64,000 bases of DNA from contig NC_045138.2 of assembly GCF_008831285.2 (NCBI RefSeq), forward strand, positions 11,098,001 to 11,162,000, given 5' to 3'. The notes under the pieces were generated by a model, which made no database searches, was not told the DNA's origin, and saw only the letters and a program-made list of their open reading frames with translations. Both the position numbers and the translations under genes were made by a program. The first letter of the stretch is position 1. Each line of letters opens with the position of its first letter. The stretch is from Nymphaea colorata (taxonomy: Eukaryota). This document shows positions 38,644 to 51,620 of the stretch, piece by piece.

Positions 38644-39791
38644 AATAGAATATTAATCCAAATTACCAAACTAACTAGAGCTTATTTCATAGTTTATAGA
38701 GATTCACAACTTTTATTGTCAAAAACAGCTCTTGGATAAAAGCTAAACATAAAGTCTGCATATTGAAAAAAAAAAGATCGTAGAATAAGAATGAACCCTC
38801 TTTATCACATTTTTCCGGAAAAGAATACATCTTCAGAATGTCCGTTAGGAAAGCAACCATTAGTATGGAAACATATCCAGCACAGCCAGATCTCCTACCA
38901 CGAGAACAGATTCCCCGTGAACAGAAATACCATGCTGCAATCAAACATGGCCAGAACAAATGGCATCTGGTTCATAAAGAATAACTAGGTCGACCATTTA
39001 CGTTTTCAAAATTCAGAGCACGCAACTTACAATGCCAAATGATCTAGTAGAAAAGCCAAATATAGAACGAGACCCAAATTTCTGCGGGGAAGGTGCAAAA
39101 AGCAGCGAGGCTCCCTAGCAAAGAATTCAGGACAGTACGAGGTCACCTAAAGCTAGTGAACCACTAGCCCAGAACTTTATGAAGGATGACGTTTGTATGA
39201 TAAAGAACGTGTAGTAATGATAGCTTGATCCAGTGAAACCATTAGAGTATCAAAGAAACAATACTCGAGCTTGTTCCAAAGAACGCCAACTAGTCGGATA
39301 AACAAATTAATATAATGGCAATGAGCATTAGAATGCATATAATTATATGCGGAACTACAGGCGATTGCAAAACTCCAGATCCAAATTTGCAACATGGAGG
39401 AAGTTCAGAGTCATAGAATGGGCACAAAGTACGTGCATATCAATTCCTCCGCGCGAGTCCATACCGCCTGACTACGTGAAGGAATCGAAGAAAAGGCATC
39501 CCAAGCTTAGACACGAAAAAGAACGGACAAAGATACCCCAACGAAATCAATTCCCCACTCAAAGAATCCATCCACAAGCATCCTCATCGGAAAGTCCAGT
39601 CTACCAGATATCCACTTTTGACAATGAAAACAACCCAGGAGACAAACGTATGGCATCGGATTACCATTTCAGAAACAAGAAGGAATCAAGTGATCAATCC
39701 ATTAGGGCGTTTCATGCGACTTCAACACGGGGATGCCATCGAAATTCCTAAAGGGCAAGCAGGGAGCTAGCAAATTATGGCCGGTTTATAC

Positions 39792-39971
39792 CTCTCGACG
39801 GGAGAGCTCAGCCTTCCATGCAGCCTCCCGCTCGGCGACTTCCCTCTCCCGCTCCTCGATATAGCTCTGCATCTCCCTCTCCTTCATTATCCGATCCTGG
39901 ATGTCCGCATCCAGCGCTTCCTTTAGCTCTTTCACGAACTTGTCCACCACAGCCTTGATCCTCACCGACAT
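39792..39971 (-). CDS. Small coiled-coil plant protein of unknown function, exon 1 (117 aa in total)
   Basis: ATG at 39971 in GCCATG context; MSVRIKAVVDKFVKELKEALDADIQDRIMKEREMQSYIEEREREVAEREAAWKAELSRRE; donor GAG|GTATAA at 39791; CpG- and GA-rich 5' region up to ~40350. Confidence 0.88.
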
Positions 39972-40621
39972 GGCTCTCCCTCTATCTCTCTCCCCCTTCT
40001 CTCTTCTCCTTTTCTTCTTACCGCCTGGTTCAATTCCTATGTGTCACGCTTCGTCCACTAACATTCCTTTGCTTGCCAACTGAACAGAAGAGAGACCATG
40101 GGAGGGAAACGCAGGGATACCCCCGTCTTTTAACTTTCACGGTTGAGGGCTGAGGAGGGAGCGATAGAGAGAGAAGAGAGAGCGGGCTGCTACTGCTGCA
40201 TCTCGCAGACACCACCACCACCACCGTCTCTCTCTCTCTCTCTCAACCTTTTCTCTCCGTTTCGGGTGGAGCCGGCCGACGTGGCATTCGAGCCGAATAG
40301 CATCGCTCAATGGCCGCTGTAGTCTGCACTTGTTCGGGTAACAATTGAAAACTCGCTTCCTTCTTAAAGTCACCTGGTTTTTTTAGATAATAACAATGAG
40401 CCCTTATGTAAGTTTGTTACATGTGATCAATGGGAGAAATAACTTTACGTAAATTCATATTCAAATCGAACAATTAAATAATTGGAATCCAAATACAAAC
40501 AAAAAGATAAAATTGTTTGAATTCAAAATGCAAAGACGAATGAATGGGAATTTCAAATCTAAATGATGGCATGCTCGTAGACTTGTTGTTCCTATAAGAA
40601 TAAAAACGTGAAACTAATCGG

Positions 40622-41036
40622 CTAAGTCACACGGGTGTAAGTGTGATATGGGTGCGAATACGGGGATACGGGTACGGACAAGGTAAGTTTCACAATTTTC
40701 TGATATGTGGATACAGTAAATATAATATTCTCAAAAATTATAAATTGAAAAAAAAAATTAATAGTTTGTTCCTAAAGTCACAAACAAAATATTGTTTGTT
40801 ACAAAATATTGTCTATCAATATCATAATTCTAGTCATTTATTAGAAAAACCGAAAAAAAAAACCCGAAGAGAAAGGGAGAAGAGCTGGACCTAACTTAAA
40901 TCGGGTTTTTTTTGTTTGGATCATGTCTGATCCTAACCCGATCCAAAACGTATCTATGTCGTATTTGTATTTGTATCTCCGTATCCCTGTATCGACACCA
41001 ATAAATGGGATAAACTTAGGTATCCCTGTGACTTAG
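40622..41036. mobile_element. hAT-type MITE, 415 bp, same family as 14153-15151
   Basis: Perfect TIR CTAAGTCACA / TGTGACTTAG; TSD CTAATCGG / TTAATCGG; shares the internal block TATTCTCAAAAAT...AAAAATTAATAGTT...AAAGTCACAAACAAAA with the 14153 element. Confidence 0.87.
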
Positions 41037-41437
41037 TTAATCGGTTGTAGGTCTAAATAAGGCTTGTGTGGAGGAGCATTTCCTCTTACCGTCTAAAGGG
41101 GGGCCTTAGCTCCCACCCAACCCCTTGTTCATTTAGAATACAAGGTCTGCTTTCAAATGTCACGACCTCATGAGACTTCAACTTACACGTTAGTGGTCTC
41201 TCCTTTTACAACACGGTTAACACCTTATAATGATTCAAAATAGGAATTGACCACCTACCAACTTATGCCGCAACCATTGTACCAATTTCCTAGAGGACTG
41301 AAACTAAACAAGTTACGGTTTACATTGGTAGCAAGGTTCAAACTCAAATGTCCTTAAATAAGACAAATGTATCCCAAACCAAACAGTGGAGGATGTCTCA
41401 AAGCACAGAGGCATAAGCGTTTGAAGGAGGCAACAAA

Positions 41438-42206
41438 TAAGCTCGGCAAAAAGCGGGTTCCCCACCAGAATTTTATTTCGAAATTTTACTAGTGGTTCTC
41501 TTCCAGTTTCAAGAGGTGCTAGGTTATGCGATGCTGGCAAATGTGCTTTCAGTTAGTCATTTGGCAACTATGGTCCACTAGGAATAGACTCATTCATGAA
41601 GATGCCCCAGTCCATCTCGATGGTCTACCAGCTAAGTTTGGGGCGACCTGTCTTGAATGCTTCCTTACAAAAATTCATGTGCACAAAGATTATAAGGAGC
41701 TGGTCGTGTGGCTTCATTCAAGCTGTTTTGTTGATGCATGGCCAGATATGCAAGAGAACAATCTTTGTGTTCAAATCTCTTGGGTTGTCCAAGATCTCAC
41801 CAAAGTTGTGGTAGCCACCTGGAAGTTGAACTCCAGCGACAACGTGCTTTTGGATAGCAGTGTCTGAAATGATTGCAGAAGCAATCATGCTGAATTGTGT
41901 TATTTAACCTTTTTTTTTTTCCAGTTATCATGCGGTCTCTTCCAGTGTCAGACAACAAGACTTGGTTGGGTAGATTGGGTCGTTTTTTTGAAAGGTAGGA
42001 CTATTGTTTTGCTGGGTTAGCCAACATTAATGATATCAGTGGCAGGCTAACCATTCTCTGGATCAACCCTTCTACAGATACTATTGATTTGCTGTACATT
42101 TTTGTACACTTTACTCATTTTTGGTTCCCTTCATTTGTATAAAATTTTTTGTCATTATCTTCGTTAATAAAAGGTGAAAACCTATCCTCCAGCAGGGTTG
42201 TTTTTG
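41438..42206 (+). mobile_element. 5'-truncated L1-clade LINE (LINE C), 769 bp
   Basis: 15-bp TSD GAAGGAGGCAACAAA (41423-41437 and 42207-42221); ORF2 C-terminal motif VIWQLWSTRNRLIHE; T-rich 3' UTR with AATAAA; no poly(A). Confidence 0.8.
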
Positions 42207-42527
42207 GAAGGAGGCAACAAAGGAACAAAGTACGCAGCACGCCACAAGCTGATAACTTGTAGGATAGACCAACTATCTTAGAGTGGCCTTAGATACCTTG
42301 TACAGAACCTACAGGCTCATATTGTGAAAGGAAGATTATAATTTCAAAATTCAAAGCTAAACTACATGTTGCCTCCATTCATGCAGACAACGTATGCTTG
42401 CTTCTGAGGTTGCTCCCTTGCACATTAGACGAAGAGAATACTTGAAAAAAAGAATACTTGGTAAGGGAAAACATTGGTCCAAACATGTGCTTAAGACTGA
42501 ACCATTGGCAATCATGGATCAGAGTTA

Positions 42528-42597
<70 letters not shown>

Positions 42598-42689
42598 TGT
42601 GGGTGGGGGAAGCAAAAACCTGCCTTATTTTCAAGATCAGCACGAACTGATGATATAGTTACTACATGCCACCAGTTGCACTACCCATC

Positions 42690-45600
42690 ATTAACAAACC
42701 ACAAGACAGAAACAAAAAGATGAAAGATATAATACAATTCACATAAAAACGAAATAAGAGGGGTGGAGAGCGAGTGGAAGGACGGAACGACACCATCACC
42801 CAGCCGCAGAAGGAAGACGACAGATGCCGCAGCCGAATGACAAAATGGACATCCCCATGCACAAGACGAGCCACAGACTCCGGCGAAGAGAAGGTGCCTC
42901 TGAAGACCCTATTGTTGTGCTCCTCCCAAATGCGCCACCAAACTGAAATGAGCCACAACCTCTAGACACGACCACAAGAAACAGACAAGTGGGGGGAATG
43001 ACAGAAGATGAAAAGAAGATAAATGGAGGGTGGGTCTGAAAGACTACTAACATGAGAAGGCCAGACAGAGACAAGAACACTAAAAAAGAAAGAGCAAGAG
43101 GTAAAAAGATAAACCCGAGACTCAACCGCGGTAAGATAAAGGGGACACTGGTTAGCTAAACTGATGCTAAGGCACTGCAAGTTGTCAAAAGTGTTGATGT
43201 GGCCAGCAAGAAGAAGCCAAACAAAAGCAATGACACGAGAAGAAGGGCCAGGAGACCAAAGGGATCGGGGTGGGAGCGACACCACGGAAGAACCAAAGGA
43301 AGCTAGTAACAAGAAGAAAAAGTGAAACCACGGGAAGGTGAAAGATGCCAAGATGAAGATGCAAATGATGAGAGGTCAGCAAGGCGGAGGAAAAGAGGAA
43401 GAACGTAAAGTAGGTTGCACCAATGAGAGGGAGATGTGTGAGAGATGAAACTACTCCAAATACTAGAGGAAGACATGTCAAATTTGGAGCAAATGAATAG
43501 GGTGATGGGAGAGTGCTCAGTTGCCAGATGTCACCACCAAGTACATACAGAAGACTCACAAGCTCGACTAAGGTTGGTAACCCCAGCACCTCCAAGAAGA
43601 CGTGGAAAGACAACCATATCTCAACGCACAAGGCGATCCGAAGGCTGATCACCATCCCAGATAAAATTACGAATGATTTTGTCAAACCTATTCAGAACCG
43701 TCAGAGCATGGAAGGGGACAGATGCAAGACAATGTTTAGCAAAAGCAATACGACCTGAGAGAGAAAACAGTTTTCTCTGCCAACACTGAAGGTAATCAAC
43801 AAGTTTATGCTCCACTCCATCCCGAAAGGAGGGTGCAGGAGGCGACTGTAATATGAAGACTCAAATAGTCCATAGGCAGGCCAACAGCCTTACACCTAAA
43901 GCAAGCTTTTGCAAAAAGTACCGTGGCAAGATCTGCGTGTGTGAGGAAAATGTGACACTTAAAGAAATTAATAGAAAGACCCAAGATGAACTCAAAAATC
44001 TAAAGGATGAGCTAAGTTCTCACAATCTGTTGGTGAGAAGTAGTGCCAAACAGGAGAAAGTCGTCAGCATACTGAAGGGTGGAAAAGACTTGTAAGTGGG
44101 GGAGTGAATGTAGTGTGAGGAAGTCAACGTGATGAAATAAAGCAGAAAAGCACTCGACAACTAAGTTGAAAATCAAATGCGATAACGGACAACCCTGACG
44201 AAGGCCACGACGGAGACAAAAGAAATCACCACACAACCCATTGAAAGAGACTGCAAGCAGAGCCCCAGTGACAAGTGAAAGGATCCACTGCCTAAATGAC
44301 AAACCAAAAGCAAGATGGGTGAGGAGGTCAGAAAAGGACTCACAACTAATCGAATCAAAGGTCTTAAAGATGTCCAACTTAAGGAAGATGGAAGGAAGAC
44401 ACTGACAATATAGGGAGTGAACAACCTCATTGGCCAAGACAACAACATCATACAAACGCCGACCATTGATGAAAGCAACTTGGAACAGGTTAATGAGAGA
44501 AGACAAAACAGGCGCAAGCTGTTAAGAAAGCAACTTAGCAATAATCATGTAAGGTGTGCACAAGATGGAGATCAGACGAAAGTGATTGATGTCCGTAGGG
44601 TTAAGACACTTAGGCACCAAGACGCAGGTGACTCGATTAAATTCCTTAAGAAAGACGGAGTTGGAGGCAAACTCAATACAAAACGCAAATACATCAGCAC
44701 TACAAGCCTCTCAAAATGTGCGAAAAAATTCAATAGGGAAACCATCAATGCCGGACGCCTTACCAGGGCCAAGGGCCCAGACAACATTTTTTATCTCTTG
44801 GTGCAGAAAGGGCCGCTCAAGAGAGATTGAACACGAGACGGAGAGAGAGGAGAGGTGAAAGTTCGACAACGGGGCACAGACGCGAAGAGACTTAGAGTAG
44901 AAATCTCGAAACTGAGCAGTCAAAGCCAGGAGAATGTCATCACAAAGAAAAACCCTATGCCCGATAACCATAGACTAGAGCAATGTCTGGCGGTGCCTTT
45001 GAGAGGTGGCCAAGTGGAAGAATATAAATGTGCGAAAAAATTCAATAGGGAAACCATCAATGCCGGACGCCTTACCAGGGCCAAGGGCCCAGACAACATT
45101 TTTTATCTCTTGGTGTAGAAAGGGCCGCTCAAGAGAGATTGAACACGAGACGGAGAGAGAGGAGAGGTGAAAGTTCGACAACGGGGCACAGACGCGAAGA
45201 GACTTAGAGTAGAAATCTCGAAACTGAGCAGTCAAAGCCAGGAGAATGTCATCACAAAGAAAAACCCTATGCCCGATAACCATAGACTAGAGCAATGTCT
45301 GGCGGTGCCTTTGAGAGGTGGCCAAGTGGAAGAATATAGAATTCTAGTCTCCATATAAAAGCCAACCCAGCCTAGAACGTTGCTGCCAATGGATGAACTC
45401 TCTAATCTGCCACTCCTGAGCAAGACACTGGAGACAAATAAGATGGAAAGACTGATCCACAGAAATATTGTTAGAAGACAGGATCTCCTCATCTCAAACA
45501 GTCACCTCAGAAAATTTGCCACTCCAAAAAAAGCGTTTACAGGCGAAGACCTCCTTCCTGATGGAACGCAACTTCTGCGAGAGCCTAAAAGCAACCCACC

Positions 45601-48600
45601 TACCATTGATGATGCGAACCTACCATTTATGGACGACAACCACAAAGGACTCGTCACGGAGCCACCAAAGCTCGAAACAGAACCTGGCGCGCCCGGTACT
45701 AGCCCTACCCTGAAGAAAGGAAAGGAGTAGCGGAGCATGATAAGACAAGTGTCTCGGTCCTAAAACCGAGGAGGATGAAGGAAAAGCAAAGAACAGCTCA
45801 GGCGAGAGGAAGACATAGTCCAACCTACAGAGAATGGAAGGATTTCTATTGTTGAACCAAATAAACTCACCATTATTCAGAGACACGTCAAAAAAATTGA
45901 ACTCTTCAACGAACAAGCGAAAAGCAAACATAGACAGACCAAAAGTGATAGGAGAGGATGAATCAACAGGGCTAAGCAAACAATTGAAGTCTCCTACCAA
46001 AAGCCAAGGCGAATGAGCAAGCTAACGAGCATGATGTAGCTCAACCCACAGCTGGTCACGCAAAGCCCCAACGCAAGGGCCATAGACCGCAGTAACTAAG
46101 ACCGGGCCATGGGGCCAAAGACCATTGAGAGAGGCTGAGATAGAGTACCTACCAACATGCACAACTACTCCTGTAAGAGGCGGAGACCAAGCTAGCAGGA
46201 TGCCGCCAACGGCCGCATTAGCAGGTAGGAACCCAAAGGACGACTGACGAAAAAAAGTACGAACACAGGCATGAGAAATCACAAACAGCTTGGTCTCAAC
46301 CACAATAAGCATTGAAGGTCCATGTTGATAGATCCAAGAAGAGAGATACCTACGCCGATAACAGGCACTCAGGCCCCGCACATTCTAGCATGCAACCTTC
46401 ATGGAGAAACCACGTGAAGTGACGTATGCCTGGCCATCCTAGCCACACCGGAAGGGAGGATGGAGGCTGTAGAAGCTCCAATCCTACGCATTTCCCCCTG
46501 CAACCTGGCAAGGCTGGCGCAAGAGCGGCAACAAAAGAAGAACGTAGGAAAAAATCAAGTTGCTCCTGTGGGAAAGAGACCTTAAGAGCGGCAAGCGCAA
46601 TCGGAAGGGAGATGCCTAGCTCAACATCTAACAAGGGAGAGACATGTGGCAACCCATCGGACAAGAGGGGACAAACGGTAGGTCCAATGGTGGGACCAGG
46701 CAACTTAGCATGAGAGAGAGGTGAGGATCCCGGGGGGGGGGGGTTAGTAGTGGACAAATAATCAGGACGCAGCGCAGGGGAAGAAGTGTCCACATAAGGG
46801 AAGTGGGGGAGGGCAGGGCAGGGCTAACATTTGGGAGGGGTAGGCAGGCAGGGTTGCAATGACAGCCGCCACTGAGTCCTGAGAGCAGTACATGTAGGGA
46901 AGGCAAGTCGGTGGTAAAGCTACAACCAAAGGAAACAAAAGGAAACCTGAGCAGGTGAGTGAAGTCCTGGGAGGTGGAGGTGGTAGAGGGGGCCCGGTAA
47001 CAAGGGTAAAGAGCAAGGAACATGCAACATAGGGGGATGGGCTGACTGGGGGTGATGAAACACTAGCAGTCAAGGCAATAGAGGCCGCAGTCGAAAAAGA
47101 GCGAGCAACAACAGCAACCTCAAGGGGATAACCCTCTGCAAACAGGCGGGCAGTCGACTGTGATGGTGCAAAGGACCGGACGTGGCCAAAATCAGACTGA
47201 GCAGCAAGCAGCACCAGGTCGGGGCATCCCGAGGTGGATGTGCGTGAACCCCCATCTCGCAAAGAAGAAAAAGGAAAGGGAAACCTCGGGGGAGCGTGGC
47301 AGAGAGCAGGCAAGACTCTGTGGAGAAGGCGAGGCTAGCTCCAGTGGTGAGGAAAGCAAGGGCAGGAGCTGTGATGGCAGGAGCTCGACAAGCGAAGAAC
47401 ACTGTTGCGACAGACCACCTGGGCTGAAGATCCGCTGGACCTCTACCGAGAAACACGGACCCCGTGTGCCAGGAAAAGTAGGCCCAGGCCAAGGAAGTCT
47501 GATAGATCCAAAGAAAATAGAGCTAGCATCTGAAGAAGGCGACAAAGGAGCAGTTGACATAGGAGCCCGAACCCAGAAGGAGGAAGCAACCGTTGCAAAG
47601 CCATGTCGTCGACCAAAAGTCACGGATCATTCTGACAAGCAGGAAAACGACAGCGAGAACACGTGATGGCCCGGTGGCCATTCAAGGTAGCACACCTCTG
47701 ACACCACCACTGGCCCCATCTGACACGGATAGAAGCGATAGACTGAAGAAGGTGGCGAAGCCTGAAAGCACGATGGGAAGAGGGGACACACCAAGGCGAG
47801 GGGGCCGGCCTACCGACGGAGACCACCTTGGGGAGCCTCGGTCGCAAGAAACAATCACCCATCTACAAAAGGAGAAACCAACAGTGCACAGGTGGAACGA
47901 ATGCCTGGAGGAGGCCGCGAGCATCTTGCAGCTGAAGCGAGCCAGCGAAGACACAACTGAAGATGGTAGACTGCCAACTGAATGACAACGCCAAAGCCTG
48001 ATAGATCCCCTCACGCGAGCAAAGAAAACTGACCGCAGCACGACATAGCAAGCGATTAAGGGGGAGGGGGTTACCTGGCTTGATACCATAGAGACTGGAA
48101 CCACCAACCCAAGACCCCTGCGGTGGTCGCAAAGGCAGAGGAGGAGGGAGGGTGGCCATGACACCAACCCTGTGCAAGAACAATGGTGGCCAGTCCAAAG
48201 CAACAAAGCCAATCACACGTGTGTGCGCACCCACTGCCAAGGCAGCTACGTCCGGACTTGCTCAAAGCCTAAGCTGAGGACGGCCCTGTAGGCTGGTGAG
48301 ACACAACTTAGTGCAATGTGAGAGCAAGGCACCGAATGAGGACCAGTTAGCTAACAAAATGCTCCAAAGGACAATGAGGAGAGCACAAGCTGTAAAAGAC
48401 ATTTCATCGAACTGGCACACAACTCCAAAGAGGTGAGGAGATGAGAGGTGAGCAGACGGGCGGGCGAGCGAGATGGGCGGCAGGTGAGCAGACGGGAGGT
48501 GAGTAGGCGGGAGGTGAGGAGACGGGAGGTGAGGAGACGGCGGGCGGGAGAGACGGGCGAGCAGGCGAGAGAGCAGGTGAGGAGACGGGCGAGCGGGCGG
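42690..48600 (-). mobile_element. Near full-length degenerate L1-clade LINE (LINE A)
   Basis: ORF2 starts MKVAC*NVRGL at 46402 and contains VYGP, GDFNC, KASGIDGF, KLDIFKTFD, RGLRQGCPLS, LQYADD, GHINTFDNL and WRIWEEHNNRVF. GC-rich ORF1 region with a CCHC-like remnant. 15-bp GGGAGGTGAGGAGAC-type repeats at the 5' end (48430-48600). Exact ends and TSD not resolved. Confidence 0.9.
44714..45337. repeat. 312-bp tandem duplication inside LINE A ORF2
   Basis: AAATGTGCGAAAAAATTCAATAGGG starts at 44714 and 45026; the ORF track shows identical peptides offset by 312; only one difference noticed (GGTGCAG / GGTGTAG). Confidence 0.95.
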
Positions 48601-48646
<46 letters not shown>

Positions 48647-51291
48647 AAAACGTATACCTCAATATCCTTGTCCAATTGTAGGCGTGGGGCCCACACAAAA
48701 ATTCTTTAGGCATTTAAGAGCGCAAACTGATGAAAGGGGAAGCACTAGGTAGGCTCTTTGCAATGGGGAACAAAGTGGGTGAGCTGGTTGTGGTATGGCT
48801 ACTAACTGCAATTGGAGGAAGTGATACAGCGAGTAATGTCAAACAGGGATGATGGGGAAAAAGACATGAGGGAGAAAGATGAACAATAATTGAACAAACT
48901 TATGATGAAGTTACTTAGACAAGGGATAATCCTTTGGCTATGGAGGTGCGCGAGCTACTTAGGCAAGGATGATCCTTGCTAAAATATGAATTATTCATTA
49001 AAAAAAGATAAAAAGCAAAAAATAAAAAGTTATGCTTAGATCTTCTATCTGTTTCAATCATACATGACCTACACCCATGAACCGGAGAGGACATGATTTC
49101 CGATATGTAGTGGCATCTACAGCAAGGTGAATTTGGACGAGTATCCAAGAGCTAGCTGGGTGAAGCATTTATTACATAGTTGAATATGAAGATGCACTTC
49201 TAGCAACTGGCAGCAATTTTATGAATTCAAAAGAGGCACAATGAATAACCAAAAGCCACATCAAGCATTGACCATTGCATAGTTGAATACGAAGGGGCAC
49301 ATCGGATAACCCTAAATGACAAACATATAATGTATCGAGAAATTATGTTAATTGCTTCCATATGCGTTTTTCTTAGGACTTTATGAAGTTACTTACCTCC
49401 CCACCTGCAATTGCTATTTCTAGTCTTTGTATTGGTGAGGTAAATAAGTTTGGTGACAATTCTTTGATATTGTCTAATTTTCTTTCTTTGTCGGCTTTTT
49501 GAAGTTTCTGGTTCACATCTATGGGTGTCTTAGCCAATTTGGAACTCTACTTCTCAATTTATTTTAGCAAACCTACTGCAGGAACACATGCGTAACTCTT
49601 CTTAGGTTGTCTAGTTTCAATTCCAAGAAAAGCTTTCAGTCACTACAAATCTTTAGATACTCTGCAAATATTTTTTGACAAATTTCTTCGCTGTTATTAA
49701 GTGTAATAATAATATCATCTATGTAAATAAGCACAATGGTGGCATGCTGCACATTTTTCTTCGTGAAAAAAGAATTTATCAAATATACACTTTTTATATC
49801 CTTTCCCTTCCAAGGCTTGGGTTAACTTTAAACACCACGCGGACGTTTAAGCCCATAGATATCCTTCTTTGGTCCATAAGCAATACATTTGATTGTACCT
49901 TAAATACCCATGTGATATTTTCAAGAAATGCTTTTTCATTGTCATTTTGTAGAAAAACATTTTTAACATCAACTAGAACATATCCTAATTTAAGTTTCAA
50001 TTGATAGACAGCAAAATTCTAATCCTAGTCCTTTATGCAATCCGAGAAAAGTTCATTACAATCTTTACCTACCGTTGAGACTATTGCTTTTCCATGAGTT
50101 GTGCCCTCAAACATTCAATAGTTCCATCACTTCTATATTGAGCATTGTGCAACCATCTACAACCAACAAGTTTTTTATCTTTAGCTATGCTAAAAAATCA
50201 AATACAAATAAGCAAAGAAATCAAAATAAGCAAAGAAATAAAAGACTACAAAGCAATGCCAAAAAGAAAAAAATAAAAAACAGAAATCGTTAGTTTATGC
50301 TTAGACAGAATACGACATACCATACCAAATAAAATGCCTACGAATAAGATCTCTCGATCACACATAAAAAAATCGAGAAATTTGAAACTCTCACAAATTT
50401 ATCATAATTTTTTCACAATTTTTCCCAGGGTTTTAATATTTTTGTTTTATTTTTAAGGTTTTTTACGGTTTTATTTTATTTTTATTTTTTAGAATTTCAA
50501 GATTTTTGAAAAAAAAAAACATCGCAAAAAATAAGCAAGAAAAATCTCGTTGAGATTTTACTGATACAATATTTGTAACAATAGTTGCAACAAATTGCAA
50601 AAATGGTTGAATACTGTGATTTTCTGGCCGAATATTCCGACTAATGTGCTAAGAGTAATAACTCTCACATTCAAGATTAAGAAGAAAGGAAAGAAAACGA
50701 AACGAATACAGATTTAAATGGTTCGAAAAGACCAACAAGACAAATACAATAGATGATGGTCTCTTCAAATAAAGGGTCATATGGCAGCACTGCAAAGGCG
50801 GCAAATTACAATTAGGAAACCCTATCAAATTAGGATCGGCTCCATGCTCCAACACAATGGATCATCCAACATAAACAATTTTTTTTCCTAGACACATCCT
50901 AAAATAGAGAGGTAATCGATAAGAAATTGAACTAAAACAAAAACAATAAAATCATCTACCACAAAAGGTGTCAGAGGAAATCCTGAAGTAGCACGAATTT
51001 TCAACAAAAGCCTCCCGCATGACCCGGTTTCAAAGGAAAAACTACTCCTAAGTACATTCTATGCTTTGCAGATTACAAATTCATCAAAAATGCAGAAGGA
51101 AATCAGCTAAAACAGCAAAACATGCATGACAAGCATGTCCCGACAGTGACAGAGTCCAGTGGAAACTGTTAGAACACTTGCAATAGTAGAACCAATTTTG
51201 TATGAGTTCATTAAATCAGGTTTACCATATCTAATAGAGATTTATAGAGCCTAACGGATCTGACCTAAGCTGCTCATTCATGCTTTGTAAC

Positions 51292-51397
51292 ATCACAAAG
51301 ATATGCAGGCAAATATTATGTAACTGTAGCAATATAGAGTGGTATCACAAAGATATGCAGGCAAATATTATGTAGCTGTAGCAATATAGAGTGGTAT
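51292..51397. repeat. 52-bp tandem duplication
   Basis: ATCACAAAGATATGCAGGCAAATATTATGTA(A/G)CTGTAGCAATATAGAGTGGT occurs twice. Confidence 0.9.
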
Positions 51398-51620
51398 TAC
51401 TTGGGCGGTTAAATCTTGTAAAAAGATACTTTCAATAAAAACTTACAAATTTGGACACCAGATTTTAAGACAAAAACGAACTCCCAAAGATATGGTGAGT
51501 ATGGGGAACGTAATATATCCAAATTCTATAACCAATCAAACCTCACTTTATCAATTAAATAAAAAAACCTATGTAATTACACTATTCAAACTAAAACAAG
51601 CACATAAGCAATAGCAAAGA

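Noticed and set aside
46350..48696. Many overlapping 100-180 aa ORFs on both strands
   Set aside because: Frameshifted pieces and antisense shadows of the GC-rich LINE A ORF1 and 5' UTR.
49170..50585. Possible DNA-transposon or MITE remnants between LINE A and LINE B
   Set aside because: No convincing TIR pair, TSD or protein motif could be established by eye.
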